From: an uncultured Verrucomicrobiota bacterium | GTDB taxonomy: Bacteria; Verrucomicrobiota; Verrucomicrobiia; Limisphaerales; AAA164-E04 | Length of the DNA: 64,000 nt | Assembly: GCA_902560705.1 (NCBI GenBank) | Contig: CACEMW010000002.1 | Location: forward strand, 18,450 to 82,449 | Direction: 5' to 3' | Shown: positions 57,238-64,000 of the stretch, in pieces | Numbering within the stretch: position 1 is the first letter of the stretch | Layout: the number at the start of each line of letters is the position of its first letter | The notes under the pieces: model-generated | Databases searched by the model: none | Told to the model about the DNA's origin: nothing | Seen by the model: only the letters and a program-made list of their open reading frames with translations | Made by a program: the position numbers and the translations under genes

Positions 57238-59154
57238 ATGAACTGGAAGCATCAAGCCATCAGACATTCCCGAAAGCAGATGCACCGACTGTTACTGTCC
57301 CTTTGCCTGATAAGGAGCCTGGAGGTGGTGGCCCAAGGGCCCGGTGGATTCCAAGGAAACGTTCGAGGTGGGTGGGAATTGGCACTAACCGAAGAAAATC
57401 AAATTAGCACCCGCTTTCGTGGAGAATCGGTCGAGGGAGATTTGCTCAAGGGTGTATCCATCGAATTTTTTTCTCCTGATCAGCAGGAAGGTCCATCCTA
57501 CATCGTTCAGGCACCCAACTGCATCATGGATCCTGTCACACACGATGCCCACTCGCCGGAACAGATATCACTCCAATCGGGTGATGGGGGCCTACAGATG
57601 AGCGGTGTCGGTTGGCATTGGTCTCATGGCTCCTCGGAGCTGACCATCAGTAATCGTGTGACGACCGTCATCAAGAAAGCTTATCTGGAATCTGCGACAA
57701 AACCCCAGCAGGCACCGCATACCGATTCAAACATCACGGTTCAATCACGCCAGCTGGTCTTCAAACGTCAACAGGGATTGGCGCTGTTCAGCAGGGATGT
57801 CTCCATTCTGGATCCTGGGACCCTTGAGCTCAACTGCCAGACTCTTACCCTCACACTGACCAGCGAATCATCTGGCTTCAGGGAAATCAAAGCCTCTGGA
57901 GGGGTGGAAATTAGTTTGCTTACCAAAAATCTCCCTGTCACCGCAAGGAGTGGGCGCGCCATTTATGAGGCAAGACCCGATTCAGAGGGGCAGCTGGAGC
58001 TGATGGATGCACCCTCTTGGAACCATGCTGGCGGTGCGTCCGGCAATGGAAATCTCATCCGCATAGAAAAAGCGGAGAACGCAGCCCAATTTGTCGTTAT
58101 AGGGCAGGCTTATCTGGCACTTGAGATGCAGAAATTTGATCTGAAAAGCAATCCCAAGGCTCCCTTGGGGCAAAGCTCTGAACCGGTGATCGTCAACTCT
58201 CGAACCTATAGCCTGAAAAATGACGAGATAATTTTTTTGGATGCGGTCACGGCTGTGCAGAGTAAGGACTGGAAGCTGTCCTGTGAAAAGCTGGTTAGCG
58301 GGTGGAACAGGGACACTTCTCAAATCCAATACCTTGAAGCCACCCGAGATGTGCGCTGGACACAATCAAGAGTTGAGGGCGAAGTGATCACGTCCTGCGA
58401 CCGCGCTCGCTATACCCCGGGCGAACAGGAAGATTATACTCTGGAACTGGAAGACCATGCATCGGTGACGACACGGGACTATGTAGCCAAGGGAGACACC
58501 ATCACCATGGAGCAGACCGGAAAACAACAGCGGATGCATGTCGCAGGCAACGGATATCTGGAAATGCCTGTGGATACCTTCAACGAAATGCGTCTTTTCA
58601 AAACATCTGACGCACCCGCAAGTCAAGCACCCGACAAAACCAATCCAATCAAGATTCGTGCTGACCAATATGCTTTTGCTGATGGCAAGGGAGCTTTCTC
58701 CGGAGAGGTCCATGTGGAATGGAACGACACCCAGATGACATGCCGCAAACTGGATACTGATTATGATGCGGAAAGCCAAGCCATTCGCTCCCTGGTGGCA
58801 ACAGGAGAGATCGCTTTTCAACAAGGGGACGGCGTGCTGACGTGTCATTCCATGCACAGCTGGTTTTCACCCAAAACAGGGCAGCTTGAGGGAGCTAAAG
58901 CCCATACTGAAGTCCTGATGGAACATCCAAATGGCAAAGCATCTGGTGATGAGGCTGTTTTCGACCCCCTTACCCAGCTCATTGAATTGAAGGGCGATCC
59001 AAGAATCCTTGCCAAGCTGCCATCAAAACGGAACGATGGTGGAAAATATATCCTGGCCAAAGGTGGGCGACTCTTCTGGAACCAAGAGCGTAACAGACTG
59101 TCTGGAAGGGGTGATTACCAAATACAAACCCTGGAGCAGGCTGAAAAATGGTGA
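57238..59154 (+). CDS. Large LptC/LptA (OstA-like beta-jellyroll) multidomain protein
   Basis: Sits between kdsA and lptB; signal/anchor peptide; three OstA-like repeats. Confidence 0.75.
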   Translation: MNWKHQAIRHSRKQMHRLLLSLCLIRSLEVVAQGPGGFQGNVRGGWELALTEENQISTRFRGESVEGDLLKGVSIEFFSPDQQEGPSYIVQAPNCIMDPVTHDAHSPEQISLQSGDGGLQMSGVGWHWSHGSSELTISNRVTTVIKKAYLESATKPQQAPHTDSNITVQSRQLVFKRQQGLALFSRDVSILDPGTLELNCQTLTLTLTSESSGFREIKASGGVEISLLTKNLPVTARSGRAIYEARPDSEGQLELMDAPSWNHAGGASGNGNLIRIEKAENAAQFVVIGQAYLALEMQKFDLKSNPKAPLGQSSEPVIVNSRTYSLKNDEIIFLDAVTAVQSKDWKLSCEKLVSGWNRDTSQIQYLEATRDVRWTQSRVEGEVITSCDRARYTPGEQEDYTLELEDHASVTTRDYVAKGDTITMEQTGKQQRMHVAGNGYLEMPVDTFNEMRLFKTSDAPASQAPDKTNPIKIRADQYAFADGKGAFSGEVHVEWNDTQMTCRKLDTDYDAESQAIRSLVATGEIAFQQGDGVLTCHSMHSWFSPKTGQLEGAKAHTEVLMEHPNGKASGDEAVFDPLTQLIELKGDPRILAKLPSKRNDGGKYILAKGGRLFWNQERNRLSGRGDYQIQTLEQAEKW

Positions 59155-59915
59155 TGGATGATACATTGTCGATAGGATCTGCGAAATCTGAGCCCCCCCT
59201 GCTGGAGACAACAGGGCTCCTGAAAAGCTACAAGGGCAGAAGGGTTGTCGACGGCGTCTCACTGCAAGTAAGACCCGGTGAAATTGTTGGGCTTCTTGGT
59301 CCGAATGGGGCGGGCAAAACAACTTCATTCAATATGGTCGTTGGAGTCGTGCGACCGGAAAGTGGAACCGTCACCTTTCAGCGCCAGGATGTGACGCCCA
59401 TGGCCATGCATCAGCGAGCTCGGTTGGGCATGGGGTATTTAACGCAGGAACCGTCCGTCTTCCGCAAACTAACGGTCGCTCAGAACATTCTGGCGATTCT
59501 TGAAACATGCAGGCTTTCCCGCATGGAACGCCAACAACACCTGAACATGCTCCTGGAAGAATTGGATCTTACAAGATTGTCTAAAAGTCGTGCATACACC
59601 TTGAGTGGAGGTGAAAAGAGACGATTGGAAATCACTCGCGCACTGGTGACCCAGCCTAAATTGCTTCTCCTCGACGAGCCGTTCAGTGGCATTGATCCCA
59701 TTGCCATCTACGAGGTCCAAAAGATTCTGAGGCGCTTGAAGGAAAGGGGACTGGGGATTTTAATTACCGATCACAATGTGAGGGAGACTCTCAAACTCGT
59801 GGATCGGGCCTACATCATCCATCAAGGTCAGGTTCTATGTGAAGGAAGCGCAGAATTTTTGGCTGAGGACCCCAAAGCCAGAGAAGTTTATCTCGGCCCC
59901 GAATTCAATTTATGA
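59148..59915 (+). CDS. lptB: LPS export ABC transporter ATP-binding protein
   Basis: GLLGPNGAGKTT, QEPSVFRKL, LSGGEKRRLE, ITDHNVRETL, YLGPEF. Confidence 0.97.
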   Translation: MVMDDTLSIGSAKSEPPLLETTGLLKSYKGRRVVDGVSLQVRPGEIVGLLGPNGAGKTTSFNMVVGVVRPESGTVTFQRQDVTPMAMHQRARLGMGYLTQEPSVFRKLTVAQNILAILETCRLSRMERQQHLNMLLEELDLTRLSKSRAYTLSGGEKRRLEITRALVTQPKLLLLDEPFSGIDPIAIYEVQKILRRLKERGLGILITDHNVRETLKLVDRAYIIHQGQVLCEGSAEFLAEDPKAREVYLGPEFNL

Positions 59916-60889
59916 GCAAAAAAAAGCGTCCAAAAAAACAGGAGACATTGGTGACTGTCGAGACGCTGACTCGGGAACACGGTGAGGAATTGATGCTTCA
60001 ACCCATAGGGGAACCCTGCGGGTTGAATCGCAGAATTCGCGAGCCAACGGTCAACCGACCTGGATTGGCTCTGGTTGGCTACAAGAAATACTTTGCCAGC
60101 AAGCGAGTCCAGGTTTTCGGCAGTGTCGAAACCACCTATCTTCGTTCGCTCACGTCCAAAGAGCGCGAGGACCGCTACCGATGGATCTTTGCCACCCGCA
60201 TTCCTTGCGTGGTGTTTTCCAGAAACCTCAATCCCGATACCGCTCTGCTTTCTGCAGCCCGGGAAGCCTGCATACCCGTCTTCAAGACACCCTTGATCAC
60301 GATGCGTTTCATCAACTTGGCAACCCTTGCCTTGGAAATGATGTTTGCTCCCCGAAGAAATGAGATGGGTTGCATGGTCGACATCTTAGGCGTCGGGGTT
60401 CTTATCCGAGGCGAAAGCGGTATTGGGAAGAGTGAGGCCGTCCTGGCATTGATCGAACGAGGGTACAGCCTCGTCGCGGATGATATCACCAAAGTGACCC
60501 TGATTGATAATCAGCATGTTGTCGGCACAAGCTATGAAACCACACGAAACCTCATGGAAATCAGAGGCATTGGCATTATTGACGTGGCTGCCATGTTTGG
60601 TGTTCGCAGTGTGACGCGGGAAAAACAAATCAACCTGGTGGTCACCCTCGTTCATTGGGATAAAGCCCAGACCATTGATCGATTGGGGCTGGACGAGGAA
60701 ACCACCGACATTCTGGGTGTCCTCATCCCGCACATTGTCATTCCCGTTCGCCCCGGAAGGGACATGGGGCGGCTGATCGAAGTCGCGGCTTTCCAGACCA
60801 AACTCAAAATGTCCGGTATTCATAGCGCTCAGGCCTTAAGCGAACGTTTGCTGGAGAAAATGACCCGCGATCGAGACTCGCATGCCTGA
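59912..60889 (+). CDS. hprK: HPr kinase/phosphorylase
   Basis: NRPGLAL, GESGIGKSE, LVADD, EIRGIGII, PVRPGR. Confidence 0.96.
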   Translation: MSKKKRPKKQETLVTVETLTREHGEELMLQPIGEPCGLNRRIREPTVNRPGLALVGYKKYFASKRVQVFGSVETTYLRSLTSKEREDRYRWIFATRIPCVVFSRNLNPDTALLSAAREACIPVFKTPLITMRFINLATLALEMMFAPRRNEMGCMVDILGVGVLIRGESGIGKSEAVLALIERGYSLVADDITKVTLIDNQHVVGTSYETTRNLMEIRGIGIIDVAAMFGVRSVTREKQINLVVTLVHWDKAQTIDRLGLDEETTDILGVLIPHIVIPVRPGRDMGRLIEVAAFQTKLKMSGIHSAQALSERLLEKMTRDRDSHA

Positions 60890-61013
60890 ACCCTGAGGCT
60901 GTTGCCTGTCAACGCCTTGAGTTCCCCATAAAATCACTCGCCACTTTGGCTCTCTCATGCATAATCCCACCTCGCTTTACAGCGGGAAGACCAACCATCC
61001 ATTGACCCTAACC

Positions 61014-61289
61014 ATGCAAGAACCCATTACCAAAGAGCTCCTTGTCGAAAACAAGATGGGTATTCATGCTCGCCCGGCGGCGATGTTTGTCAAAGTCGCA
61101 AGCCAGTTCAATGCCGATATTTTTGTGGAAAAAGATGGAGAGCGCATCAATGGGAAGAGCATCATGGGCTTGATGATGCTTGCCGCAGGCCCCGGCAGCC
61201 GGTTGGTGATTGAGGCTACAGGCTCGGACGCACAGGAGGCCATAAACGCCATTACTGAGTTGCTGGAAAGCAAATTCAATGAGGGCTAG
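61014..61289 (+). CDS. ptsH: HPr phosphocarrier protein (probable start ATG 61014)
   Basis: GIHARPA (His15), NGKSIMGLM (Ser46). Confidence 0.95.
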   Translation: MQEPITKELLVENKMGIHARPAAMFVKVASQFNADIFVEKDGERINGKSIMGLMMLAAGPGSRLVIEATGSDAQEAINAITELLESKFNEG

Positions 61290-62089
61290 CAGCGCGCATC
61301 AGCACTTGCTGGCTCGATGACCCGCTCGATACTGAGGGCTTTGCCCGTCTGCGGATCGATGGCCACCAAAACGCCCCGGATCATGACTTGCTCGGAGGCC
61401 ACCCCAAACCGCTGAGGTTGCAAGGTCAAAAAGCGCTGAATCACCGGATCGATTTCACGCCCCAATACACTGGCCTGAGGCCCGGTAAATCCAACATCTG
61501 AAATGTAGGCTGTGCCGCCCGGGAAGACTTGTTCATCAGCAGTGGTCACATGGGTGTGGGTTCCTGCGACCAAGCTCACTTTCCCATCCAGAAATCGGCC
61601 CATGGCAATTTTTTCTGAAGTTGCCTCGGCATGAAAGTCCACCATGATGACAGGGGTTTTGGCACGTATCTCCTCAATGACCTCCTGGATGACCTGGAAT
61701 GGGTTATCCAGATCGGCCATGAAGGTCCTTCCCTGCAAATTGACCACCGCCACCGGTATGGATGTCTCCTTTTGAATCATGAGCCATCCTTGGCCGGACG
61801 TCCGGGGGGGATAATTGAGGGGACGCAGAAACATGGGCTCCTTTTCCAGCAACTGAATCACTTCACGATGATCCCATAGGTGATCTCCTGTGGTGATGAC
61901 ATCCACTCCAGCATCATAGAGTTCCCTTGCGGTGGAAGGGGTGATCCCAGCTCCTCCGGCAGCATTTTCGCCGTTGGCCACCACCAGATCCACATCAAGA
62001 CGAGAACAGAGCCCTGACAAGCGATTGGCAAGGACGCGTCGTCCCGGGCGCCCTACCACATCCCCAATGAATAACAGCTTAAAAGCCAT
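61286..62089 (-). CDS. TIGR00282/YmdB family metallophosphoesterase
   Basis: GDVVGRPG, NGENAAGG, GDH, DFHAEATSEK, GTHTHV. Confidence 0.93.
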   Translation of the reverse strand: MAFKLLFIGDVVGRPGRRVLANRLSGLCSRLDVDLVVANGENAAGGAGITPSTARELYDAGVDVITTGDHLWDHREVIQLLEKEPMFLRPLNYPPRTSGQGWLMIQKETSIPVAVVNLQGRTFMADLDNPFQVIQEVIEEIRAKTPVIMVDFHAEATSEKIAMGRFLDGKVSLVAGTHTHVTTADEQVFPGGTAYISDVGFTGPQASVLGREIDPVIQRFLTLQPQRFGVASEQVMIRGVLVAIDPQTGKALSIERVIEPASADARC

Positions 62090-62127
62090 GAGACCCAAAA
62101 ATCATTCGCGTGACGCTCAGCCATCAA

Positions 62128-62949
62128 TCAGGCTTGAGCGAAACCTTGAGGTAGCTGAAATCGAGGGCTCTGGTTCATGAACGTGACCGGATTAGAGTAT
62201 ACCACCTGATCAATCCATTGAGGATCGTGTCCCCGTTGCTTCATTTCGATGGCTGCATGAGGGACAGCGAGGGGACAGCTGATCCCCCAATCGCAGGCAC
62301 TATTCATCCAGATCCGCTGGGTTCCATAGCGCTCAAGCATGTCAATGGCACGGCTGGGGCTACATTTGGATTCGGGATACAAGGTCATGCCAGCCCAGAA
62401 ACCCTCGTCCAGCACCATCCCAATGGTGTGCTCTTCCACATGATCAATGATGCAGCGCTCTGGCTGAATATTGGATTGATTTTTAAGAGCATCCAGAATC
62501 AAACGAGTGCCTTTGTATTTGTCTTCCAAATGAGGCGTGTGAACCAAGATCAATTGATCATGCTCTGCAGCGATTTCGATATGCCGTTCAAGCACTTTAA
62601 GTTCGTTGGCACTGTTTTTATTCAAACCGATTTCTCCAATTCCCAGCACATTGGGTTTGTCGATGAATTGGGGAATCAACTCCATGACTTCCTTGGCAAA
62701 ATGAAGATCTTCCGATTCCTTGGGATTGATGCATAACCAGCAGTAGTGAGGGAGCCCAAACTTGGCCGCACGACGCGGTTCATGCTCGGTGAGTTGGCAG
62801 AAATAATCGTAAAAACCGTCAACGGATTTTCTGTCGAAGCCCGCCCAGAAGGCGGGTTCACAGACCGCTTCACATCCCGCGGTCACCATTGAGAGATAGT
62901 CATCCGTGGTTCGACTCACCATATGGCCGTGGGGTTCAATGTATCGCAT
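62128..62949 (-). CDS. TatD family hydrolase, EboB-like
   Basis: PHGHMVSRTTDDY, EPAFW, INPKE, GEIG, HTPH, IDH, NSACDWG. Confidence 0.88.
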   Translation of the reverse strand: MRYIEPHGHMVSRTTDDYLSMVTAGCEAVCEPAFWAGFDRKSVDGFYDYFCQLTEHEPRRAAKFGLPHYCWLCINPKESEDLHFAKEVMELIPQFIDKPNVLGIGEIGLNKNSANELKVLERHIEIAAEHDQLILVHTPHLEDKYKGTRLILDALKNQSNIQPERCIIDHVEEHTIGMVLDEGFWAGMTLYPESKCSPSRAIDMLERYGTQRIWMNSACDWGISCPLAVPHAAIEMKQRGHDPQWIDQVVYSNPVTFMNQSPRFQLPQGFAQA

Positions 62950-62979
62950 GATCTTTGTGCAATGGTTGAGTATAGGGTT

Positions 62980-63255
62980 CTAAGCCTTTCCTGGCCAGGC
63001 GCCGCAAGCTGCTTTGGTAGTCGCCGTAGCAATCGGCTCAGTCGTAGGATCGCTCAGGGTCATCAGCACCTTGGCGGCCCGGTTGGGATCATGGGAGAGC
63101 AAATGTTGCATGGCTTGAGCAAGCGCTTCAGATCGAAAATCAATTTCTCCTTCCGCCCGATCCAAGCGATCGAGGAATGCCGCCAGATCGATCAACTTGT
63201 GACGTGCATCCATGAAATAAAGATCCAGAACTTTTTTACGCGACAACTTACTCAT
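62980..63255 (-). CDS. Small hypothetical helical protein upstream of the TatD-like gene
   Basis: YFMDARHKLIDLAAFLDRLDRA amphipathic pattern; 30-bp gap to the TatD-like gene. Confidence 0.75.
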   Translation of the reverse strand: MSKLSRKKVLDLYFMDARHKLIDLAAFLDRLDRAEGEIDFRSEALAQAMQHLLSHDPNRAAKVLMTLSDPTTEPIATATTKAACGAWPGKA

Positions 63256-63367
63256 GACCAAGGAAATCTATAACAAAATACCTGAAGTCAAAAATCAAAA
63301 TTGCACTCTGAAGAGGGATTGTGTTGCGAAAAGTTCATGGCAATCTTCACGATAACAACCATTGCCG

Positions 63368-63976
63368 ATGAAAAACCACCAACTCATGCGAGCGACCTTG
63401 GAGGAATTAGCCCCACTGAGGTGGCTGTGGCAACATGTGGGCTTTACCACTGTCGAGCTGGAAAAATCGCTGACCGATTTTTACCTTCTTATTGACGAAG
63501 ACCACAACCTCTTGGCTGCTTTGGCCGTGCAATTCCGGCAAAAAGATGCTTTTTTGCACCACTTGGCTTTCAGTTTGGATGATCCGGAGGAGGCTCTGCA
63601 AATACTTTTGTGGGAGCGCTTGAAGATTCTGCTCACTAATCGTGGAGTGCATCGCGTCTGGACTCGCGAGGCGGCCCCCTCCTGGAAACAGACGTTTTTT
63701 CAAAAGCCCACTGCCGAACAATCCTCTTTGGCTCCTGAGCTCAGCGCTCCAAAGCAGCCTGGACTTCAGATTCACCTGACTCGAGACCCTCTCGCAACAA
63801 AGCTCATTGAAAAAAAATTGGCCGAGCTGGCCGAAGAACGTGAAATCTCTGACCAACAGCTTGCTTCAAGAACTCTGTGGACGCGCCGCGTGGCCTACGC
63901 GCTGTCCTTTCTCTTCATCGCCTGGTTGATGTATTTTACCCTGCGGGGGTTTTTTGCTCTGCCTCGTTTGCGTTGA
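63368..63976 (+). CDS. Hypothetical protein with degenerate GNAT-like N-terminus and C-terminal TM helix
   Basis: LMRATLEEL, RGVHRVWT; coiled segment then TM VAYALSFLFIAWLMYF. Confidence 0.65.
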   Translation: MKNHQLMRATLEELAPLRWLWQHVGFTTVELEKSLTDFYLLIDEDHNLLAALAVQFRQKDAFLHHLAFSLDDPEEALQILLWERLKILLTNRGVHRVWTREAAPSWKQTFFQKPTAEQSSLAPELSAPKQPGLQIHLTRDPLATKLIEKKLAELAEEREISDQQLASRTLWTRRVAYALSFLFIAWLMYFTLRGFFALPRLR

Positions 63977-64000
63977 AGGCATCTGCATGGTAGGAACTGC

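Noticed and set aside
1-64000. CRISPR arrays, tRNA/rRNA, IS elements, prophage, stop-codon reassignment
   Set aside because: No spaced repeats, RNA gene signatures, transposase or phage motifs seen; TAA, TAG and TGA all end intact genes, so the two in-frame TAA codons are lesions

Overview
Bacterial chromosomal window of roughly 50% GC (estimated by eye), most consistent with a Verrucomicrobiota/PVC organism given the PEP-CTERM proteins, a TIGR02999-type ECF sigma remnant and the kdsA-lptC/A-lptB-hprK-ptsH layout. It is mostly housekeeping and metabolic genes: mutS, modABC, rpsA, tyrS, gcvT/H, recA, corA, rpsT, kdsA, lptB, hprK, ptsH and msrP. It also carries sugar-catabolism genes, a squalene-hopene-cyclase-like gene, an orphan DNA methyltransferase and an EPS export/regulation locus (PAS kinase, sigma-54 regulator, GT-C, beta-barrel, Wzc, short OPX, FHA). 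No rRNA, tRNA, CRISPR, IS or prophage was recognised. Not shown as such in the ORF track: a partial EboD-type dehydroquinate-synthase-like gene at the left edge, a metallohydrolase pseudogene with 5 frameshifts and 1 nonsense codon, a C8-frameshifted oxidoreductase, a PEP-CTERM gene with an in-frame stop and a 42-codon ECF sigma fragment. The best candidates for undescribed biology are: an esterase-SIS-half-size MetE-UlaG-like operon; a histidine kinase with an AT-hook-like motif inserted in its DHp domain; a single-chain LptC plus multi-LptA protein; a secreted 15-aa-repeat protein; and dispersed ebo-like genes. All calls come from reading motifs by eye; no searches were run.
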